From Phaeosaccion multiseriatum (lineage: Eukaryota > Protista > Ochrophyta, other classes): a stretch of 64,000 bases of DNA. A program made the position numbers and the translations under genes. Positions 13,914 to 25,460 of this stretch are shown here, piece after piece. The notes below the pieces were generated by a model. The model had not been told where the DNA came from. It made no database searches and was given only the letters and a program-made list of their open reading frames with translations. Where the stretch lies: the NCBI GenBank assembly GCA_965112735.1, contig OZ218954.1, positions 310,001 through 374,000 on the forward strand, read 5' to 3'. Position 1 is the stretch's first letter; every line of letters begins with the position of its first letter.

Positions 13914-16616
13914 ATATATATATATAATATATATATAATATTATATATATATATATGACTCGCACCTCTATACTCTACTTCGGGTGTTATTGTATGGGTG
14001 GGTATGAGTGGGTGGAAGGGGGGCTCGACCACCACCGCCGCTGCTGCTGCTGCTGATGCTGGTGCTACTGCTGCCTCTTCTGCTGTGTCTGCCTCGTACT
14101 GACTGACTGCCGCTGCTACCTCTTCCGCTTCTGCTGACTCTGCTCTCTCTCTCTCACACACACACACACCACAGCAAGGATGGCTCAGCTGGAGTGGGAC
14201 AACACCATTTCCCACCCGCGAGACCTCACCGCTATGTGGGACGCGGCCGCCCCGAGCGACTTCTGGATCAAGGGAGGAGTGTTCCGCGGGGACAGCTTCC
14301 TCAAGACGGTACGGCAGGGAGGGAGGGAAGGAGGGAGGGAAGGGAGGGGGCGGGGGGGGGGGTGGGGTAGGAGGGAGGAGGGAGGGAGAGGAAGATGGTG
14401 GGTACATAACTACTTAGTACTATTACGTGTACATAACAATCCGTGACTGTTCCCCTCTCCTCTCTCTCTCTCTCGCTCTCTCTCCCTCTCTCCATTGTTA
14501 CCACTCAACTGACTTACTGTAATGATAAGGTGCACGACTCATCGACTTGGGCGGTGGTGGGGCACATTAACGGAAATGCGCTCTACAACCTCGAAGACCC
14601 TGTCCTCAAGGACTTTCTGACCTACGTCAAGAAGAGGTTAGTAGCGGCGCATCGTTAGCAAGGAGCTTCTTCCACTAAGAATTTCCCTTCCTTTTTATTG
14701 TTGTTGTTGTGAGGAAGGAAGGGCGTTCTGGCCGTGAGTGCTATCAACTGACTTACTGACCCATAACTGACTTGCTGACCTTCTTTTCTCATCACTACTC
14801 TCGACGCTTGCCAGGTTCCCTCCCGAGATTGCGAGCAACCCCTTTGACGTCGCCATTTGGAGGGCGGCGAGCGACTTCCCTTACTCCTGGCCAATCTACC
14901 AACAGTACGTGCACAAGTTCGTACACACGGATCTGTTCAAGAACATCGGCTTCATTGACGCCACCGCAACCTCGAGGAGGAGACTTGCCGTTGAGGGGGA
15001 CGGGGAGGTGAGGGAGAGAGGAGAGAGTAGTTAGGAGAGGGGCGGGGGAGGGGAGGGGAGGGAGACATGGCTGGTAGCGACTCTTGGGCAGTTGGTGTGT
15101 TTCGGTGGGGGGGCGGGGTGTTCTGTGGAAAGAGCTTCTGTGGTAGGGGCTTGCTTCTTTTGAAGGAGCAGCAGAGGAAACACGGGTGTATATTTTTTCA
15201 TATTTTTTTTGTTGGGTGGTTTCAGTCGTTGCCAGGCAGAGGACAGGGGAGGGGAGGAAGCGAAGGGAGGTTCTTAGTCTTTTTCTTGCTCGATAATAAT
15301 TTTTGTTTGATTTTTTGTAAGATATATTATCTTTCTTCCTGTCCTCCGTCTTCACCGCCTCCTCCTCCTCCTCCTCCTCCTCCTCCTCCTCCTCCTCCTC
15401 CTCCTCCTCCTCTTCCTCTTCCTCCGCCCCCTCCCCCCCCCCATCCACTGCCATCCACAGCCTGGCACGCACATTGTGCACGCGTCCACCAAGAGCGGGG
15501 GTTTCAAGAAGTTTCACGGGGGGCGATCTCTCTTTGAAGACTCCGGATCAGGCGTTATGTCATGTGAGTAGGAGGAGGACGAGGAGAAGGAGGAAGAAGA
15601 AGAAGAAGAAGAAGAAGAAGAAGGAGAACGAGGAGGATGGAAATTTTTTTCGCGGCGTTTACAACCTTGTGTCCCTTTCTCACACTCTCTCCTCCTCTCC
15701 CCCCTCCATCCTTCTTCCGTGGGCGATGACGTCACAGACAACGGCAGCCCCGAGGAGCAGGCCCTCTGTGCCTCCCTCCATTCCATGAGCCCCGTACCCA
15801 CGGGCATGAGCTACGCGTTTGACCCTTCGTGCGAGGAAGGACCTTATCAGCGCTGGAACGGGCTGCACTGCTACAAGCAGGTGCGTGTGCGTGTGCGTGT
15901 GCATGTGTGTGTGTGTGAGCGCTGCTTGTTGCCACTGTCCTGTGATTTAGGGGGGATTCGAGGATGGCAGTGGATGGCAGTGTGTTGTATTGCTCTTCAC
16001 AAAAGGTGCCTGTGTGTGCGTGTGTGCGTGTGTGGGTGTAAGCGCGCGCTCATTGGATTCGATTCCCTTTGCTCTCTCCCTCCTTCCCGCTCTCTCTCCT
16101 CCCCCCCCCCTCCACCACCACCACCACCACCAACAACAACAACAACTACAACTACAACAACCAGTCGACGACGGAAGAAAATACCATCCTCGAAGGAGCC
16201 CACCTGTGCCGCCAGTGCTACACCGACCTGGAAACCGCCCAGGAGGCCGAGCGCATTCTCAGCCTGTCCCACTCCCCCTACTCTATCGCGCAAGTTCGTG
16301 AGCGTCTCACCACGGAAACCCCCTCAGAGGCCTCGTGCAGCATGAACCCTCACGTGATGATGTGTAGCACCAAGATGCCGCCCCCTGCCCCCAAGTGTGA
16401 CGAGCGCTGCCTGTCCGACGGCGGAGGAGCTGCCATCTGTGACAGCCGCTGCCTCCTCCTCAAGGACAACGAGTCCGCCGACGAGTCCACGCTGTCACGG
16501 TCTCCTTGGCTGGCCGCTGCTTCGGCGGATGGGCTGGAGGAGCTCACGGCGGAATGCAACTTTGGAAACTTTGGCGCCTCGTGCCGCCCGTGTATGGAGT
16601 CCGCCCAGCAGGTACG

Positions 16617-16675
<59 letters not shown>

Positions 16676-19600
16676 ATTGTTGTTGTTGTTGTTGCGCCTT
16701 CTTTTCTTCCTCACCCCTCTCCTCCTCCTCTGACTGTCCCCCCCCCCCCCCACCCACCCCTGCTGCTGTATCACCAACAGGCAAGGGAGGTGATCATCGG
16801 CCACTCCCCACTCACCGTGCCGATCCTTTGCCACACACTCGAACCTCCTCTCTCCGCCTCGTGCGGTGACTCGACCAACGCCCTCACAAATGGCGACGCT
16901 GATGGACTCTCCATGGGCCGTCGCCAACTGCAAGAGACGGAGGGAGAGTGCTTGGCCCTGGGATGCGGCGCGGAAGGCTCGGGAGCGTTCTGCGATATTT
17001 CCTGCGCCGCCGAAGTGGATGGTCTTTTGCCTCTCGGGTGCCCCTTGGGCGCGACGGGTCCAGCAGGCAGCAGCAGGAGGAGGATGCAAACCACGGGAGC
17101 AAGTGACCCCGCTTGCGACGGCACAGCGTCCTGCGGAATCGGGCCGCAGGTAACAAGAGATTTGTCGTTTCGTCAGTTTCGTCGGTTTCTTTTTTGCTTA
17201 TCGGGCCTGCTACCTGTCTGCCTGCCTGCCTGCCTGTCTGCCTGCCTGCCCAATGCCCCATCTGTCCTCTCCAACTACCAATCTCCCTGAGACTGACCCA
17301 CCAATGCCCTCCATCCACTGCCATCCACCACCCTCTCCCCCTGCATACACACAGTCCTGTACCTCAGACCCTGCCTGCGCCACAGTCTCCGAAGGCTTGG
17401 GCTGCATCTTCCCCGGCAATGCGTGTCGCTACTGCGGCTTCAATGACTACCTTGACTGTGATGTGCCCATCGGCGGCCCTGATGGCGGACCTGCCCCATC
17501 TCCCCCTCCCACCGCACCTTCTCCGACTGCACCCACCCCAACGCCGTCCACACCGGGAGTGCCCACGCCGTCCACACCCACGCCGGGTGTGCCCCTCCCC
17601 GGTGGAGAGGAGTGCAAGCTACTGGAGTCTGGCTGCATCGAAGTGGACTGCATCTACGACTCGGCCTGTCTGAACCCAATCGAGAACGGCATCGGGTGTC
17701 AGGCCCCCTTTGATACTCCTTGTCGTTTCTGCGGCTCCGGAGCACCCAGTCTCGAATGCGACACGTACCTTCCCAACGGTGGACCCGTTGGGTTTTTCCC
17801 GCTTCCTACCCCTACCCCAGCCACACCTACCCCACCCACACCTACCCCAGCCGCACCTACCCCAGCCACACCTACCCCAGCCGCACCTACCCCAGCCACA
17901 CCCACCCCAGCCGCACCTACCCCAGCCACACCTACCCCAGCCACACCTACCCCAGCCACCCCAACGCTACCCGCGGACTGTGTGGGAGTGGCCTCGTGTG
18001 GAGTCCTAGACATCACTTGCATACAAGACCCTGCTTGTTTACCGCCGGACGCAGGGGGTTCAGGGTGCATTGCTCCCTTCGAAGACAACAGGGGCTGTCG
18101 CTATTGTGGCTTCCTCGACTTCGCCGACTGCAACACGCTTTTGGATGGCAGCACGATCCCCCCCGCACCCACCCCTACCCCAGCCACCCCACCTACCCCC
18201 CCCTCTCCCACCCCTACCCCAGCTGCACCTCCTACCCCACCAACACCTACCCCAGCCACACCTACCCCAGCCACACCTACCCCAGCCGCACCTACCCCAG
18301 CCACACCTACCCCAGCCGCACCTACCCCAGCCACACCTACCCCAGCCACACCTACCCCAGCCACCCCAACTCTACCCGCGGACTGTGTGGGAGTGGCCTC
18401 GTGTGGAGTCCTAGACATCACTTGCATACAAGACCCTGCTTGTTTACCGCCGGACGCAGGGGGTTCAGGGTGCATTGCTCCCTTCGAAGACACCAGGGGC
18501 TGCCGCTATTGTGGCTTCCTCGACTTCGCCGACTGCAACACGCTTTTGGATGGCAGCACGATCCCCCCCGCACCCACCCCTACCCCAGCCACCCCACCTA
18601 CCCCCCCCTCTCCCACCCCTACCCCAGCTGCACCTCCTACCCCACCAACACCTACCCCAGCCGCACCTACCCCATCAACACCTACCCCAGCCACCCCTAC
18701 CCCAGCCACCCCCCCCTCTCCCACCCCTACCCCAGCCGCACCTCCTACCCCACCCACTCCTCCTACCCCACCAGTGGGCTGTGCTGGCATCCAGTCTTGC
18801 TCTGTGACGGCGTGTGTGCGTGATCGTTCTTGCGCTGTGGGTTTCGGAGGTTTGGGGTGCATTGCGCCCTTGTCGGAGACCAACAACTGTCGCTACTGCG
18901 GGTACGTTATACAGACGTTACACAGACGTTTCAGACGTTACAGCTCAACACACTCACTCTCTCACTCACTCTCTCTCACTCACTCTCTCACTCTCTCACT
19001 CACTCTCTCACTCACCCACTCACTCTCTCACTCTTCACTCCCTCACTCACTCTCTCACTCACTCTCCCACACTCTCTCACTCACTCTCTCACTCTCTCAC
19101 TCACTCGCTCACTCACTCTCTCACTCACTCTCTCACTCACTCTCCCACTCGCTGTTACGGTTGGACTCACTTCTCCCTCGTTACCCCTCGGGCCCTTTCC
19201 TTGTTCCCTCTCGACCCCAACAGATACGCCCCCTATTTGGACTGTGATGACTTCCTGGCTATCCTGCCAGGCACCCCTCCTCTGCCGGGCGATGGGACCC
19301 CCACCCCCGCCCCTGTGCCTGCGGCGACTCCTGCCCCTCCCACCCCAGTGGGTAAGTGGGGCATGTTATTGACTTACGAGAGATGACGTATGTGTGGGTT
19401 ATTGACTTACGAGAGACGACGTATGTGTGGAGAGGGAGGGGGGCATACCAAAGATGGCTGTGTGAAGGGCGGTTTTAGAAGCGAAGAGAGGGGAGGGGAG
19501 AGAGGAAGCCAACGAGAGGGAGGAGGGGGGCAAGGTACAACGACTTGCACACACACACACACACACAACTTTTTTTCGCTCTCTCTTCCCCTTTCCCTTC

Positions 19601-21384
19601 CTCCCTCTCCGCTCGCCTCTCCTCACCAACTTATACACCCTCCCTCCGCCCATCCACTGCCATCCACTGCCATCCCCACCCATCCACTGCCATCCCCACC
19701 CCTCCCCTCCCGTATACTATAGAGATCAACGAGCTGTGCCGCATCTGCTACGACAGCCAGGACGAAGCAGACGCCGCGGAATTGGCGTTCCCCGGACAGT
19801 TCCCCGCTGACGAGGGCGCAGTGGTGTGCGATGAAGTCATCACGCCTAGTGTAGGTAAGGAGTAAGGATGGCAGTAGATGGGTGTGTGTGTGAGTGTGTG
19901 TGTGTGGAGGGGGGTATCGGAACATGTCAATCGCTACATCGATGGTGATACAAAACTGTGCTTGTATTTGGAGTGCTGTCTCGCTCTGGTGTCGATGCGG
20001 TTCCACCCACCCTTAGTCCTAACTCCTGTGTCCCTCCCTCCCTCCCACCCCCCCATCCTCCTCCTCTTCCTCCTCCTCCTCCTTCTCCTCCTCCTCCTCC
20101 TCCTCCTCCTCCTCCTCCTCCCCCTCCCCCTCCTCCTCCCCCTCCTCTTCTTCTTCCTCCTCCTCCTCCTCCTCCTCCTCCTCCTCCTCCTCCTCCTCCT
20201 CCTCCTCCTCCTCCGCCGCCGCCGCCGCCGCCGCCCCCCACTCCCAGCTCCCACCGCTGCTCCCGTTTATGTAACCGCTGCCGGTGCGACAAGGTCCCTC
20301 TCGGTGGCCACTGGGCAGGTGGCACACCTCCTTGAGAAGGAACACAAGAAGAAGATGAAAAAGAAGGTCAACAAGGAGGGGGAGATCGTGGAGGAGGAGG
20401 AGGAGGACGAGGACGAGGACGAGGAGGAGGTGGTTCCGGTCACACTTGACGACGCCTTCAGTGGAGATGGAGTGTGTGTGTTTATGACGGCCTACGCAGA
20501 CTTCCATGCCGAGGCCGCGGAATCTGTCCGGTCTCTCGAGCTTCACTGGCCTAGTGTGGACAAGACAAGATTCTATTGGCGTTCACCCACATGACTTCTT
20601 TGTGTTCAACCGCACCCTCGGAGGCCGCAGCGAGGCAGGCACCGATGTCCAGGTGAGTGTGTTGGCGATTCAGAGAGGAGGGAAAAGGCAAAGGCAGCGA
20701 GAAAGGGAGAAAGAGGCAGGGCAAGCAAGCAGACCAAAAAATCGCATTCTCACACTCGCGCTCACACCCTCTCTCCTTCCCTCCTCCCTTGTATCACCAA
20801 CAGGTGCACAACTCCTCCATGCCCTCCCTCAACGCCCTGTGGGCAGATGAGTACTGCGGGCCCGACACGTCTCTCATCTACTACCTCACCGTGGGCACCG
20901 TGCTCACCCGCCCGCCTCTCCGTAAGGATCTGTTGGACCTCAACGGAAACCTCTTGCTGGACTGGACCCCTCTCGTGGTGGCGGACGGTAGCACGCTCGA
21001 AGACGCCCGGATGGTGGAAGAGACAGGGCTGTTCACTCGGTAAGTCAAGGAAAGGGGGAGGGAGGGACGAGGGAGGGGGAGAGAGAGAGTATGGAGGGGA
21101 AGGGGGAGGGAGGGAGGGAGGGAGGGAGGGAGGGAGGGAGGGAGGGAGGGAGGGAGGCTCAAGAGGGCGGGAGAGAGGGAGGGAGGGAGGTAAGGAAGGA
21201 AGGTCTACACACTGTCCTGCACGGACTCACCCCTCCCTCACCCCCTACCCACCCCCGTCAGCGAGCTGTTCGGCTTCCAAGCCAAGGCCTTCGGAGGCGA
21301 GAGTTCGGAGGTGATGCTCCCTGCCGACGTGAACAAGCGGCTCAGGGACGCACTGCCGAAGCTCCACGGTGGCTCATCCGGTTC

Positions 21385-21423
<39 letters not shown>

Positions 21424-24159
21424 TGAGTGTGTGTGTGAGAGAGTGTGTGTGTGTGCGCGTGTGCGTGTGTGTGTGTACGTGACGGGTGTGTCTGTCGGTA
21501 CCTTAGGGGTGCTTGCCCCCCCTCTTACAACCCCCACCCCCCACACCGCTCTTAACCCCTCCATCCTCCTTGTTCGCCCGTTGGTTCTCCATACACACAC
21601 ACACCACACACACACACACACGCACACACACACACACACACACCACCACCACCGCCACGTAGCCTCCTCTCCGGCTACCGACGCCGACGCCGCTGCCGCT
21701 GCCAAAACCAATGCCCTGAGGTCTGCCGGTCTGTTGGACGGGGTGGACGACGCCCTCAAGGAGATGCTCCACCCGTACGCCATCAACATGGTGCAGCTCC
21801 TGTGCCAGATGGCCTTCTCGCAGCCGTCCGCTGCCATCCCGATGGGCTTCCACAACCCCTCCGCGTGGAACGAGTACAATGTGTTTGCAGACAGCGTCCG
21901 CGTGTGGGACATTCCTCCCAACAGGTAACGGTGTTGTAACGGGTTTTGTAACGGTAGATACCACAGGCAACGAACTCCCTTGGCCCACAAGTACGTTGTG
22001 CTCTCAATCTCACCCCCTCCTCTCTTCTCCCTTCTCTCCCACCCCCTCCCCACCCCCTCCTCTCTTCTCCCTTCTCTCCCACCCACTCCTCTCTTCTCCT
22101 TTCTCTCCCCTCCCCTCCCTCCCAATACCCCCACAGGCCGCCCTTCACCTGCCGAGCGGACTTGCAGCTCGCCAAGACGCACAACATCGCCCCCGAACTA
22201 CGCAAGATGGCGGAGGGGAGTCGCCACTGCGAGTTTGGGTGGCTGCTGTCCCTCAGGGACGAAGCCGAGGATGGAAGGTGCGTGCGTGCGTGGGTGCATG
22301 CCTTCTCATGTGTCTTGTTACTGAACGTTAGGGGTGTTACTGAACGTTAGGGGTGTTTGTGGACCTGCCAAGAGGCGTGTTGCTTCACCTTAGGGGTGTT
22401 CGCTGTGTACCCTCCCTCCCCCCCGCCCTTCCCTCCTCCCTCACCCTTCCCTCCCTTCCTCCCTTCCCTCCCTTCCTCCCTTCCCTCCCTTCCTCCCTTC
22501 CCTCCCTCCCTTCCTCCCTCCCTCCCTCCCTCCCTCCCTCCCTCCCTCCCTCCCTCTCTCCATCCCTCCCTCCCTCCCTCCCTCCCTCCATCCCTCCCTC
22601 CCTACCCAGACTGGCATGGAAGGAGGACGTGGAGTTCTCCGAGGAGTGGGCCGTGCCGATGCCCGACATTGCCTCCGAGCCTGCCTTTGCCGTCAGCGTT
22701 GTCCTCCAAGTCGTGGCGGGTGGCATGGAGCTTGTGCCCACGAGTCTGAGCTCCATCATTGCCCGCATGCCCTTCGCCACCGAGGTGGTGGTGTTGGGTA
22801 CCGAGGCGGACCAGGCCCAATTGCAAGAGGTTGTGGACTTCTTCCAGCACGGCAAGGCCTCTGCTCCCTTCCCCATTCGACTCCTGATTGAGGAGGAGGA
22901 GGAGGGCATGGATGTGTACGCCCAACAGCAGTACAACAAGCTGCGCTCTGACCTCTTCACCTCCCCGGAGAGTGCCTTTGTCCTGCACATGGACTCCGAC
23001 AAGGTAAGAAGGGGAAGGGAGGGACGGAGGGACGGAGGGAGGGGTGGAAGGAGGGAGGGAGGGAGGGAGGGAGGGAGGAAGGGAGGGAGGGACGGAGGGA
23101 GGGAGGGAGGAGCACTCACTCACATAATAGCACCACTTGCTCATTGACTTACTTGCCGCCCTCCCTCCCTCGCCCACTCCCTTACTCCGATAAAAGGTGA
23201 TTTTCGAGGACGTTGACTACCGTCACCTCTTCCGCTTTGGCAAGCCCGTGCTGCCGTACCGCTCCTTCACGGACGAAGGAGACACAAAGGTAAGAGAAGG
23301 AAGGAGCGAAGGGATTTGCATGCTGACGATGTGAGGAGGAGCCCGTTTGGGGGGGATGCTTTGGGGCGTATATATAGAAAAGAATCAATCTAAGCATTAC
23401 GTATGTATATATATATATATAGTGTGTGCGAGGAGCCCGGCGGTGCGGGCCCAGGGGGGCGGACTGCGTCAGAGGCAGTGGGAGGGTGGAGTGAGTGTCT
23501 TTTGGAGAGAGCGAGAAGCACTTTTTTGAGTGGTTGTTCCACTGTTTTTTTTTCTTCGACAGCTCGCCCACCCCCTCATCCCCCCCCCTCCCCCTCCCCC
23601 TCTTCCTCTCTGCCTCCCCTCTCCCTCTGTGTGAGCGCAGGCCTGCTGGCAAGCGGGCACCTCCAAGGCGATGGGCGCTTGGCAGGACCTCGACTTCTCC
23701 CTCTACGACACCCTCGTGTACCCCAAGGCCATGTACCCGGCCCTGCGCAAGCACCTCAGCGAGCAGAGCGGCGTGAGCTTTGTTGACTTCATGCGCTCTC
23801 GTCAAAGGGGGTCCTGCCGTGGCAAGGCCCTCCTGACCGCGCGGAAGTGCGCTGCCGACGACACCCTACACAACTGCCCCGGCGCGGAGACCCTCTTCTC
23901 CGACACCAGCGCCATGGGCGCCTTCCTTCACGCCTTCATGCCAGAGGAGGTTTCCGCCGTCCCCGTGGACCCCTGGGGGCGCACCGCTTCCTCCTACGCC
24001 CACAGCACCACCATCCTGGACTGGTCGTGCAGAGCTTCGGCCTCTGTCTTTGCGCGTCTGGATGAGGAGGCACAGGCGCTGTACCTTGCCGGTTTGGCAC
24101 ATGTGTCTTCCGACGGAGAGTGCAAGGCCTTGGCCTACGAATGGGCGTCCAAGGTAAGA

Positions 24160-24212
<53 letters not shown>

Positions 24213-24475
24213 TGTGATGTCGATTTGCTTTGTCTCAATTTGAATTTGGATTGTAGAGTCGATAGGCATATTGGTATGTTGTGTCTACAATAGGCAGAGG
24301 CAGGCATCACTGAATCAACCACCACTTTCGACAACCACTGACTTACTACCAGTACGACCTTATCACTGACTTACTGACCTTACTTGACACGACACGACTC
24401 GACGTTATACAGGTGGCCGAGAGGAAGAAGGCCAAGAGGAAGAAGGTCAAGATCCGGTCGCTGGCGCTGCGGTGA
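12887..24475 (+). CDS. Large type II membrane protein: N-terminal glycosyltransferase-like domain, Cys-rich repeats with Pro/Thr/Ala linkers, two C-terminal GT-A-like (DUF6492-like) domains; apparent frameshift near 20560
   Basis: Exons approx: 12887-13336, 13676-13850, 14175-14308, 14530-14636, 14815-15007, 15461-15563, 15738-15880, 16165-16611, 16781-17148, 17354-18901, 19225-19351, 19723-19854, 20248-20652, 20804-21039, 21262-21386, 21663-21924, 22137-22277, 22610-23003, 23197-23289, 23641-24153, 24413-24475. Hydrophobic anchor VTIAALSAALSAAVVVLALS; motifs YPAGPSHQFY, LEWD, FWIKGG, HINGNALYNL; GxGC...CR[YF]CG repeats; YAQQQYNKLRSDLF...VLHMDSD (DxD). Family names are from memory of motifs. 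Confidence 0.7.
17865..18680 (+). repeat. 405-bp in-frame tandem duplication (135 codons) of a Cys-rich module plus PTPA linker
   Basis: ccgcggactgtgtgggagtggcc at 17971 and 18376; near-identical LPADCVGVASCGVLDITCIQDPACL...CRYCGFLDFADCNTLLDG; internal 15-bp PTPA(A/T) repeats. Confidence 0.92.
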
Positions 24476-25110
24476 TCCACCACACCCTACCAGAAGGAAG
24501 AAGCTCTTGTGTTCGAGTGTGACCTCCCTTACCTGTGTGTGGTGTGGTCATGGAGAGAAGGCAAGAGGGAAGGGAATCGAGTGGGGGTGTTGTGTTTGTA
24601 GAGTGCCGTCCATTGTGGCGCAACGGAGGATTGGTCGTGCGTACTGTCGTGTGGTATAGGCGGCAGAGTCTTACGTAAGGAGCCCTCAATTTGTCAAGTG
24701 GAAGTTTGAGGTTTGAGTTGTCAGGTCACCAGCCCGGTGGTGAGTGGAGCGGAAGGAAGGGTGGGTAGCCAAGGAGAGGGAGGTCCATGAACGACGGGGG
24801 AGTGGGTGTGGTGTTCTTTTGAACTGCCTTACTTGTCGGACGGATGGTATGTTTGTCTGTCTGTCTGTCTGTCATACCTCTTGTGTTAACGTGGAGACAT
24901 GTGGGAATGAAGTTTGTGGTTTGGATGAATTGGTTGACAACACAAATTGTAACTGGTTGTCCCTTTCGTCCCCTCCCACCCTCCTTTGGAAGGAAAAGAA
25001 CATTTCATGTCGGGCTTTTGTGTACTGTTGTACAATTACTGTTTTGTAATTTTTTTTTAAATTTAAAGAAGTAATGTACGAAACAAAGGGGGGTTTATTC
25101 TTTAAGTTAT

Positions 25111-25143
<33 letters not shown>

Positions 25144-25460
25144 GTCGCCGCGTAATGTGTCGCTGCGGCTGCGCTGGAGCTGTCAATATCGTCATCGACA
25201 CATCGAGAGGATCAGTGTCAATAAACTGAAGATGAAACTACATTGTGGCCTGCCTACTTGGTGTCCAGACATTCCTTGGCTCTGGTCCAGTCCGTCGCAC
25301 ACACACACACAATTATGTAGTAATAATTACGTAATACTTCGTAGTACTTGGGGGTTGATTCATTCCCATACGTCATTCTATTGTCCGTCCGTTGCCATCG
25401 CCGCATGAGTCTTCCTTCCTCCCTCCCTCCCTCCCTCCCTCCCTTCCCTCCGCCCCCCCG

